Of a stretch of 64,000 nt of DNA, positions 13,001 through 23,840 are shown piece after piece (positions within the stretch are counted from its first letter, which is position 1; every line of letters begins with the position of its first letter). The notes under the pieces are model-generated. The model saw only the letters and a program-made list of their open reading frames with translations. It did no database searches and was not told the DNA's origin. Made by a program: the position numbers and the translations under genes. This DNA is from Auanema rhodensis. Taxonomy: Eukaryota > Animalia > Nematoda. The stretch covers positions 21,948,001 to 22,012,000 of the forward strand of contig OZ059895.1 in assembly GCA_964057225.1 (NCBI GenBank), in the 5' to 3' direction.

Positions 13001-16000
13001 TGAGATTTTTCATCATCTTACAACAAATTCATTTGAATCTAATATGAATTATTTTTTCGTTTTAAAAAGCATTGAATTTCATTGTTTCTTGTAATATTGG
13101 ATTTGATTATTGCTTCGTTTATTTTGAGATTTTGCTTCTGCATAGCTTCAGTGCTCTAGCTGGTTTTCCATTTTTATGAGATTTTTCATCATCTTACAAC
13201 AAATTCATTTAAATCTAACATGATTTATTTTTTCGTTTTAAAAAGCATTGAATTTCATTGTTTCTTGTAATATTGGATTTGATTATTGCTTCGTTTATTT
13301 TGAGATTTTGCTTCTGCATAGCTTCAGTGCTCTAGCTGGTTTTCACTTTTTATGAGATTTTTCATCATCTTACAACAAATTCATTTAAATCTAACATGAA
13401 TTATTTTTTCGTTTTGAAAAGCATTGAATTTCATTGTTTCTTGTAATATTGGATTTGATTATTGCTTCGTTTGTTTTAAGATTTTGCTTCTGCATGTCCT
13501 GTGTTTACTGCTCTAGCTGGTTTTCACTTTTTATGAGATTTTTCATCATCTTACAAGAAATTCAATTGAATCTAACATGAATTATTTTTTCGTTTGAAAA
13601 AGCATTGAATTTCATTGTTCTTGTAATATTGGATTTGATTATTGCTTTGTTAGCTTTAAAATTTTTGCTACTACATGTCCTGTGTTTACTGCTCTAGCTG
13701 GTTTTCACTTTTTATGAGATTTTTCATCATCTTACAACAAATTCATTTAAATCTAACATGAATTATTTTTTCGTTTTAAAAAGCATTGAATTTCATTGTT
13801 TCTTGTAATATTGGATTTGATTATTGCTTCGTTTGTTTTAAGATTTTGCTTCTGCATAGCTTCAGTGCTCTAGCTGGTTTTCCATTTTTATGAGATTTTT
13901 CATCATCTTACAAGAAATTCAATTGAATCTAACATGAATTATTTTTTCGTTTTAAAAAGCACTGAATTTCATTGTTTCTTGTAATATTGGATTTGATTAT
14001 TGCTTTGTTAGCTTTAAGATTTTTGCTACTACATGTGCTGTGTTTACTGCTCTAGCTGGTTTTCACTTTTTATGAGATTTTTCATCATCTTACAACAAAT
14101 TCATTTAAATCTAACATGAATTATTTTTTCGTTTTAAAAAGCATTGAATTTCATTGTTTCTTGTAATATTGGATTTGATTATTGCTTCGTTTGTTTTAAG
14201 ATTTTGCTTCTGCATAGCTTCAGTGCTCTAGCTGGTTTTCACTTTTTATGAGATTTTTCATCATCTTACAACAAATTCATTTAAATCTAACATGAATTAT
14301 TTTTTCGTTTTAAAAAGCATTGAATTTCATTGTTTCTTGTAATATTGGATTTGATTATTGCTTCGTTTGTTTTAAGATTTTGCTTCTGCATGTCCTGTGT
14401 TTACTGCTCTAGCTGGTTTTCACTTTTTATGAGATTTTTCATCATCTTACAACAAATTCATTTAAATCTAACATGAATTATTTTTTCGTTTTAAAAAGCA
14501 TTGAATTTCATTGTTTCTTGTAATATTGGATTTGATTATTGCTTCGTTTGTTTTAAGATTTTGCTTCTGCATAGCTTCAGTGCTCTAGCTGGTTTTCACT
14601 TTTTATGAGATTTTTCATCATCTTACAACAAATTCATTTAAATCTAACATGAATTATTTTTTCGTTTTAAAAAGCATTGAATTTCATTGTTTCTTGTAAT
14701 ATTGGATTTGATTATTGCTTCGTTTGTTTTAAGATTTTGCTTCTGCATAGCTTCAGTGCTCTAGCTGGTTTTCCATTTTTATGAGATTTTTCATCATCTT
14801 ACAAGAAATTCAATTGAATCTAACATGAATTATTTTTTCGTTTTAAAAAGCACTGAATTTCATTGTTTCTTGTAATATTGGATTTGATTATTGCTTTGTT
14901 AGCTTTAAGATTTTTGCTACTACATGTGCTGTGTTTACTGCTCTAGCTGGTTTTCACTTTTTATGAGATTTTTCATCATCTTACAACAAATTCATTTGAA
15001 TCTAATATGAATTATTTTTTCGTTTTAAAAAGCATTGAATTTCATTGTTTCTTGTAATATTGGATTTGATTATTGCTTCGTTTATTTTGAGATTTTGCTT
15101 CTGCATAGCTTCAGTGCTCTAGCTGGTTTTCCATTTTTATGAGATTTTTCATCATCTTACAACAAATTCATTTAAATCTAACATGAATTATTTTTTCGTT
15201 TTAAAAAGCATTGAATTTCATTGTTTCTTGTAATATTGGATTTGATTATTGCTTCGTTTGTTTTAAGATTTTTGCTTCTGCATAGCTTCAGTTTGCTGCT
15301 TTAGCTGGTTTTCACTTTTTATGAGATTTTTCATCATCTTACAACAAATTCATTTAAATCTAACATGAATTATTTTTTCGTTTTAAAAAACATTGAATTT
15401 CAGTGTTTCTTGTAATATCGGATTTGATTATTGCTTTGTTAGCTTTAAGATTTTTGCTACTACATGTGCTGTGTTTACTGCTCTAGCTGGTTTTCCATTT
15501 TTATGAGATTTTTCATCATCTTACAACAAATTCATTTAAATCTAACATGACTTATTTTTTCGTTTTAAAAAGCATTGAATTTCATTGTTTCTTGTAATAT
15601 TGGATTTGATTATTGCTTCGTTTGTTTTAAGATTTTTGCTTCTGCATAGCTTCAGTTTGCTGCTTTAGCTGGTTTTCACTTTTTATGAGATTTTTCATCA
15701 TCTTACAACAAATTCATTTAAATCTAACATGAATTATTTTTTTGTTTTAAAAAGCATTGAATTTCAGTGTTTCTTGTAATATCGGATTTGATTATTGCTT
15801 TGTTAGCTTTAAGATTTTTGCTACTACATGTGCTGTGTTTACTGCTCTAGCTGTTTTTCACTTTTTATGAGATTTTTCATCATCTTACAACAAATTCATT
15901 TGAATCTAATATGAATTATTTTTTCGTTTTAAAAAGCATTGAATTTCATTGTTTCTTGTAATATTGGATTTGATTATTGCTTCGTTTATTTTGAGATTTT

Positions 16001-18081
16001 GCTTCTGCATAGCTTCAGTGCTCTAGCTGGTTTTCCATTTTTATGAGATTTTTCATCATCGTACAACAAATTCATTTAAATCTAACATGAATTATTTTTT
16101 CGTTTTAAAAAGCATTGAATTTCATTGTTTCTTGTAATATTGGATTTGATTATTGCTTCGTTTGTTTTAAGATTTTTGCTTCTGCATAGCTTCAGTTTGC
16201 TGCTTTAGCTGGTTTTCACTTTTTATGAGATTTTTCATCATCTTACAACAAATTCATTTAAATCTAACATGAATTATTTTTTCGTTTTAAAAAGCATTGA
16301 ATTTCAGTGTTTCTTGTAATATCGGATTTGATTATTGCTTTGTTAGCTTTAAGATTTTTGCTACTACATGTGCTGTGTTTACTGCTCTAGCTGGTTTTCA
16401 CTTTTTATGAGATTTTTCATCATCTTACAACAAATTCATTTAAATCTAACATGAATTATTTTTTCGTTTGAAAAAGCATTGAATTTCATTGTTTCTTGTA
16501 ATATTGGATTTGATTATTGCTTCGTTTGTTTTAAGATTTTTGCTTCTGCATAGCTTCAGTTTGCTGCTTTAGCTGGTTTTCACTTTTTATGAGATTTTTC
16601 ATCATCTTACAACAAATTCATTTAAATCTAATATGAATTATTTTTTCGTTTTAAAAAGCATTGAATTTCATTGTTTCTTGTAATATTGGATTTGATTATT
16701 GCTTTGTTAGCTTTAAAATTTTTGCTACTACATGTCCTGTGTTTACTGCTCTAGCTGGTTTTCACTTTTTATGAGATTTTTCATCATCTTACAACAAATT
16801 CATTTAAATCTAACATGAATTACTTTTTCGTTTTAAAAAGCATTGAATTTCATTGTTTCTTGTAATATTGGATTTGATTATTGCTTTGTTTGTTTTAAGA
16901 TTTTGTTTCTGCATAGCTTCAGTGCTCTAGCTGGTTTTCACTTTTTATGAGATTTTTCATCATCTTACAACAAATTCATTTAAATCTAACATGAATTATT
17001 TTTTCGTTTTAAAAAGCATTGAATTTCATTGTTTCTTGTAATATTGGATTTGATTATTGCTTCGTTTGTTTTAAGATTTTGCTCCTGCATAGCTTTAGTG
17101 CTCTAGCTGGTTTTCACTTTTTATGAGATTTTTCATCATCTTACAACAAATTCATTTAAATCTAACATGAATTATTTTTTCGTTTTAAAAAGCATTGAAT
17201 TTCATTGTTTCTTGTAATATTGGATTTGATTATTGCTTCGTTTGTTTTAAGATTTTGCTTCTGCATGTCCTGTGTTTACTGCTCTAGCTGGTTTTCACTT
17301 TTTATGAGATTTTTCATCATCTTACAACAAATTCATTTAAATCTAACATGGATTATTTTTTCGTTTTAAAAAGCATTGAATTTCATTGTTTCTTGTAATA
17401 TTGGATTTGATTATTGCTTCGTTTGTTTTAAGATTTTGCTTCTGCATAGCTTCAGTGCTCTAGCTGGTTTTCCATTTTTATGAGATTTTTCATCATCTTA
17501 CAAGAAATTCAATTGAATCTAACATGAATTATTTTTTCGTTTTAAAAAGCACTGAATTTCATTGTTTCTTGTAATATTGGATTTGATTATTGCTTCGTTT
17601 GTTTTAAGATTTTGCTTCTGCATGTCCTGTGTTTACTGCTCTAGCTGGTTTTCACTTTTTATGAGATTTTTCATCATCTTACAACAAATTCATTTAAATC
17701 TAACATGAATTATTTTTTCGTTTTAAAAAGCATTGAATTTCATTGTTTCTTGTAATATTGGATTTCATTATTGCTTTGTTAGCTTTAAAATTTTTGCTAC
17801 TACATGTCCTGTGTTTACTGCTCTAGCTGGTTTTCACTTTTTATGAGATTTTTCATTATCTTACAACAAATTCATTTAAATCTAACATGAATTATTTTCT
17901 CGTTTTAAAAAGCATTGAATTTCATTGTTTCTTGTAATATTGGATTTGATTATTGCTTCGTTTGTTTTAAGATTTTGCTTCTGCATAGCTTCAGTGCTCC
18001 AGCTGGTTTTCCATTTTTATGAGATTTTTCATCATCTTGCAACAAATTCATTTGAATCTAATATGAACTATTTTTTCGTTT
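10031..18081 (+). repeat. Satellite family B, forward (T-rich) arm, 176/181/182-bp monomers, about 45 copies
   Basis: The TTGTTTCTTGTAATATTGG anchor (with minor variants) occurs at 10031, 10207, 10389, 10571, 10753, 10935, 11117, 11293, 11469, 11650, 11826, 12008 and 12184. Spacings are 176,182,182,182,182,182,176,176,181,176,182,176. Confidence 0.97.
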
Positions 18082-18180
18082 CAAATAGTAATAAAAATAA
18101 GAGAAATAAACAAAGCAATACGAAGCAATAATCAAATCCAATATTACAAGAAACAATGAAATTCAATGCTTTTGTTATGT
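18082..18180. other. Strand-switch (inversion) junction inside satellite B, with A-rich filler, a templated duplication and an adjacent deletion
   Basis: The sequence reads TTTTTTCGTTT|CAAATAGTAATAAAAATAAGAGAAATA|AACAAAGCAATA|CGAAGCAATAATC. The first inverted monomer has GTT in place of TAAAACGAAAAAATAATTC at about 18173. Confidence 0.92.
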
Positions 18181-20461
18181 TAGATTTAAATGAATTTGTT
18201 GTAAGATGATGAAAAATCTCATAAAAAGTGAAAACCAGCTAGAGCACTGAAGCTATGCAGAAGCAAAATCTTAAAACAAACGAAGCAATAATCAAATCCA
18301 ATATTACAAGAAACAATGAAATTCAATGCTTTTTAAAACGAAAAAGTAATTCATGTTAGATTTAAATGAATTTGTTGTAAGATGATGAAAAATCTCATAA
18401 AAAGTGAAAACCAGCTAGAGCAGTAAACACAGGACATGCAGAAGCAAAATCTTAAAACAAACGAAGCAATAATCAAATCCAATATTACAAGAACAATGAA
18501 ATTCAATGCTTTTTCAAACGAAAAAATAATTCATGTTAGATTCAATTGAATTTCTTGTAAGATGAGGAAAAATCTCATAAAAAGTGAAAACCAGCTAGAG
18601 CAGTAAACACAGGACATGCAGAAGCAAAATCTTAAAACAAACGAAGCAATAATCAAATCCAATATTACAAGAAACAATGAAATTCAATGCTTTTTAAAAC
18701 GAAAAAATAATTCATGTTAGATTTAAATGAATTTGTTGTAAGATGATGAAAAATCTCATAAAAAGTGAAAACCAGCTAGAGCAGTAAACACAGGACATGC
18801 AGAAGCAAAATCTTAAAACAAACGAAGCAATAATCAAATCCAATATTACAAGAAACAATGAAATTCAGTGCTTTTTAAAACGAAAAAATAATTCATGTTA
18901 GATTCAATTGAATTTCTTGTAAGATGATGAAAAATCTCATAAAAATGGAAAACCAGCTAGAGCACTGAAGCTATGCAGAAGCAAAATCTTAAAACAAACG
19001 AAGCAATAATCAAATCCAATATTACAAGAAACAATGAAATTCAATGCTTTTTAAAACGAAAAAATAATTCATGTTAGATTTAAATGAATTTGTTGTAAGA
19101 TGATGAAAAATCTCATAAAAAGTGAAAACCAGCTAGAGCAGTAAACACAGGACATGTAGTAGCGAAAATTTTAAAGCTAACAAAGCAATAATCAAATCCA
19201 ATATTACAAGAACAATGAAATTCAATGCTTTTTCAAACGAAAAAATAATTCATGTTAGATTCAATTGAATTTCTTGTAAGATGATGAAAAATCTCATAAA
19301 AAGTGAAAACCAGCTAGAGCAGTAAACACAGGACATGCAGAAGCAAAATCTTAAAACAAACGAAGCAATAATCAAATCCAATATTACAAGAAACAATGAA
19401 ATTCAATGCTTTTTAAAACGAAAAAATAATTCATGTTAGATTTAAATGAATTTGTTGTAAGATGATGAAAAATCTCATAAAAAGTGAAAACCAGCTAGAG
19501 CAGTAAACACAGCACATGTAGTAGCAAAAATCTTAAAGCTAACAAAGCAATAATCAAATCCAATATTACAAGAAACAATGAAATTCAGTGCTTTTTAAAA
19601 CGAAAAAATAATTCATGTTAGATTCAATTGAATTTCTTGTAAGATGATGAAAAATCTCATAAAAATGGAAAACCAGCTAGAGCACTGAAGCTATGCAGAA
19701 GCAAAATCTTAAAACAAACGAAGCAATAATCAAATCCAATATTACAAGAAACAATGAAATTCAATGCTTTTTCAAACGAAAAAATAATTCATGTTAGATT
19801 TAAATGAATTTGTTGTAAGATGATGAAAAATCTCATAAAAAGTGAAAACCAGCTAGAGCAGTAAACACAGGACATGTAGTAGCAAAAATTTTAAAGCTAA
19901 CAAAGCAATAATCAAATCCAATATTACAAGAAACAATGAAATTCAATGCTTTTTAAAACGAAAAAATAATTCATGTTAGATTCAATTGAATTTCTTGTAA
20001 GATGATGAAAAATCTCATAAAAAGTGAAAACCAGCTAGAGCAGTAAACACAGGACATGTAGTAGCAAAAATTTTAAAGCTAACAAAGCAATAATCAAATC
20101 CAATATTACAAGAAACAATGAAATTCAATGCTTTTTCAAACGAAAAAATAATTCATGTTAGATTCAATTGAATTTCTTGTAAGATGATGAAAAATCTCAT
20201 AAAAAGTGAAAACCAGCTAGAGCAGTAAACACAGGACATGCAGAAGCAAAATCTTAAAACAAACGAAGCAATAATCAAATCCAATATTACAAGAAACAAT
20301 GAAATTCAATGCTTTTCAAAACGAAAAAATAATTCATGTTAGATTTAAATGAATTTGTTGTAAGATGATGAAAAATCTCATAAAAAGTGAAAACCAGCTA
20401 GAGCACTGAAGCTATGCAGAAGCAAAATCTTAAAACAAACGAAGCAATAATCAAATCCAAT

Positions 20462-22500
20462 ATTACAAGAACAATGAAATTCAATGCTTTTTCAAACGAA
20501 AAAATAATTCATGTTAGATTCAATTGAATTTCTTGTAAGATGATGAAAAATCTCATAAAAAGTGAAAACCAGCTAGAGCAGTAAACACAGGACATGTAGT
20601 AGCAAAAATTTTAAAGCTAACAAAGCAATAATCAAATCCAATATTACAAGAAACAATGAAATTCAATGCTTTTTAAAACGAAAAAATAATTCATGTTAGA
20701 TTCAATTGAATTTCTTTTAAGATGATGAAAAATCTCATAAAAAGTGAAAACCAGCTAGAGCAGTAAACACAGGACATGTAGTAGCAAAAATTTTAAAGCT
20801 AACAAAGCAATAATCAAATCCAATATTACAAGAACAATGAAATTCAATGCTTTTCAAAACGAAAAAATAATTCATGTTAGATTTAAATGAATTTGTTGTA
20901 AGATGATGAAAAATCTCATAAAAAGTGAAAACCAGCTAGAGCAGTAAACACAGGACATGTAGTAGAAAAAATTTTAAAGCTAACAAAGCAATAATCAATT
21001 CCAATATTACAAGAAACAATGAAATTCAATGCTTTTTCAAACGAAAAAATAATTCATGTTAGATTTAAATGAATTTCTTGTAAGATGATGAAAAATCTCA
21101 TAAAAAGTGAAAACCAGCTAGAGCAGTAAACACAGCACATGTAGTAGCAAAAATCTTAAAACAAACGAAGCAATAATCAAATCCAATATTACAAGAAACA
21201 ATGAAATTCAATGCTTTTCAAAACGAAAAAATAATTCATGTTAGATTTAAATGAATTTGTTGTAAGATGATGAAAAATCTCATAAAAAGTGAAAACCAGC
21301 TAGAGCACTGAAGCTATGCAGAAGCAAAATCTTAAAACAAACGAAGCAATAATCAAATCCAATATTACAAGAAACAATGAAATTCAATGCTTTTTAAAAC
21401 GAAAAAATAATTCATGTTAGATTTAAATGAATTTGTTGTAAGATGATGAAAAATCTCATAAAAAGTGAAAACCAGCTAGAGCACTGAAGCTATGCAGAAG
21501 CAAAATCTTAAAACAAACGAAGCAATAATCAAATCCAATATTACAAGAAACAATGAAATTCAATGCTTTTTAAAACGAAAAAATAATTCATGTTAGATTT
21601 AAATGAATTTGTTGTAAGATGATGAAAAATCTCATAAAAAGTGAAAACCAGCTAGAGCAGTAAACACAGGACATGCAGAAGCAAAATCTTAAAACAAACG
21701 AAGCAATAATCAAATCCAATATTACAAGAACAATGAAATTCAATGCTTTTTCAAACGAAAAAATAATTCATGTTAGATTCAATTGAATTTCTTGTAAGAT
21801 GATGAAAAATCTCATAAAAAGTGAAAACCAGCTAGAGCAGTAAACACAGGACATGTAGTAGCAAAAATTTTAAAGCTAACAAAGCAATAATCAAATCCAA
21901 TATTACAAGAAACAATGAAATTCAATGCTTTTTAAAACGAAAAAATAATTCATGTTAGATTCAATTGAATTTCTTTTAAGATGATGAAAAATCTCATAAA
22001 AAGTGAAAACCAGCTGGAGCAGTAAACACAGGACATGTAGTTGCAAAAATTTTAAAGCTAACAAAGCAATAATCAAATCCAATATTACAAGAACAATGAA
22101 ATTCAATGCTTTTCAAAACGAAAAAATAATTCATGTTAGATTTAAATGAATTTGTTGTAAGATGATGAAAAATCTCATAAAAAGTGAAAACCAGCTAGAG
22201 CAGTAAACACAGGACATGTAGTAGAAAAAATTTTAAAGCTAACAAAGCAATAATCAATTCCAATATTACAAGAAACAATGAAATTCAATGCTTTTTCAAA
22301 CGAAAAAATAATTCATGTTAGATTTAAATGAATTTCTTGTAAGATGATGAAAAATCTCATAAAAAGTGAAAACCAGCTAGAGCAGTAAACACAGCACATG
22401 TAGTAGCAAAAATCTTAAAACAAACGAAGCAATAATCAAATCCAATATTACAAGAAACAATGAAATTCAATGCTTTTTAAAACGAAAAAATAAATCATGT
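20462..22500 (-). repeat. Block duplication at 7-monomer offset (1259 bp) in the inverted B arm, followed by a 540-bp trimer duplication (about 22201/22741)
   Basis: Rare variants TTCTTTTAAG (about 20712/21971), GTAGAAAAAA (about 20962/22221) and CAATTCC recur at +1259. The lines starting at 22201 and 22741 are identical. Confidence 0.75.
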
Positions 22501-23333
22501 TAGATTTAAATGAATTTGTTGTAAGATGATGAAAAATCTCATAAAAAGTGAAAACCAGCTAGAGCACTGAAGCTATGCAGAAGCAAAATCTTAAAACAAA
22601 CGAAGCAATAATCAAATCCAATATTACAAGAAACAATGAAATTCAATGCTTTTTAAAACGAAAAAATAATTCATGTTAGATTTAAATGAATTTGTTGTAA
22701 GATGATGAAAAATCTCATAAAAAGTGAAAACCAGCTAGAGCAGTAAACACAGGACATGTAGTAGAAAAAATTTTAAAGCTAACAAAGCAATAATCAATTC
22801 CAATATTACAAGAAACAATGAAATTCAATGCTTTTTCAAACGAAAAAATAATTCATGTTAGATTTAAATGAATTTGTTGTAAGATGATGAAAAATCTCAT
22901 AAAAAGTGAAAACCAGCTAGAGCAGTAAACACAGCACATGTAGTAGCAAAAATCTTAAAACAAACGAAGCAATAATCAAATCCAATAGTACAAGAAACAA
23001 TGAAATTCAATGCTTTTTAAAACGAAAAAATAAATCATGTTAGATTTAAATGAATTTGTTGTAAGATGATGAAAAATCTCATAAAAAGTGAAAACCAGCT
23101 AGAGCACTGAAGCTATGCAGAAGCAAAATCTTAAAACAAACGAAGCAATAATCAAATCCAATATTACAAGAAACAATGAAATTCAATGCTTTTTAAAACG
23201 AAAAAATAATTCATGTTAGATTTAAATGAACTTCTTGTAAGATGATGAAAAATCTCATAAAAAGTGAAAACCAGCTAGAGCAGTAAACACAGGACATGTA
23301 GTAGAAAAAATTTTAAAGCTAACAAAGCAATAA

Positions 23334-23390
23334 ACAAGCAATAAAAGCAGAGAAACAATGAAATTCAATGCTTTTTAACAATGAAAAACA
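23334..23390 (-). other. Rearranged B monomer with local templated insertions and a ~28-bp duplication
   Basis: Consensus TCAAATCCAATATTACA is replaced by ACAAGCAATAAAAGCAG. AGAAACAATGAAATTCAATGCTTTTT then occurs twice, separated by AACAATGAAAAACAA. Confidence 0.88.
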
Positions 23391-23814
23391 AAGAAACAAT
23401 GAAATTCAATGCTTTTTCAAACGAAAAAATAATTCATGTTAGATTTAAATGAATTTGTTGTAAGATGATGAAAAATCTCATAAAAAGTGAAAACCAGCTA
23501 GGGCAGTAAACACAGCACATGTAGTAGCAAAAATCTTAAAACAAACGAAGCAATAATCAAATCCAATATTACAAGAAACAATGAAATTCAATGCTTTTTA
23601 AAACGAAAAAATAATTCATGTTAGATTTAAATGAATTTGTTGTAAGATGATGAAAAATCTCATAAAAAGTGAAAACCAGCTAGAGCAGTAAACACAGGAC
23701 ATGCAGAAGCAAAATCTTAAAACAAACGAAGCAATAATCAAATCCAATATTACAAGAAACAATGAAATTCAATGCTTTTTAAAACGAAAAAATAATTCAT
23801 GTTAGATTTAAATG

Positions 23815-23840
23815 AATTTGTTGTTTTATTGATATTGGTG
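23815..23840. other. Seamless B/C satellite junction
   Basis: The sequence reads ...AATGAATTTGTTGT|TTTATTGATATTGGTGC. There is no intervening sequence and only a 1-nt T overlap. Confidence 0.9.

Larger units (their letters stand above)
18109..23824 (-). repeat. Satellite family B, inverted (A-rich) arm, about 32 copies
   Basis: CCAATATTACAAGAAACAA and the rest of the monomer are the reverse complement of the forward-arm monomer. The T/A strand skew flips at about 18.1 kb. Confidence 0.97.

Noticed and set aside
18082-18120. Fold-back sequencing or assembly artefact at the inversion
   Set aside because: The arms are not mirror images, they carry arm-specific variants, and the junction has a complex filler. 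Read-level confirmation is still advisable.
17925-18131. 68-aa hydrophobic ORF crossing the inversion junction
   Set aside because: It is a chance read-through from a TAG-to-CAG variant in T-rich satellite plus junction filler. The hydrophobicity reflects base composition.
21903-22106. 67-aa minus-strand ORF
   Set aside because: It is the same satellite B reading frame, opened by a single stop-removing variant.
10031-23824. CRISPR-like array (constant backbone with a variable segment)
   Set aside because: The variable segments are a few recurring related alleles, not unique spacers. The unit is about 180 bp, and there are no cas genes or leader.
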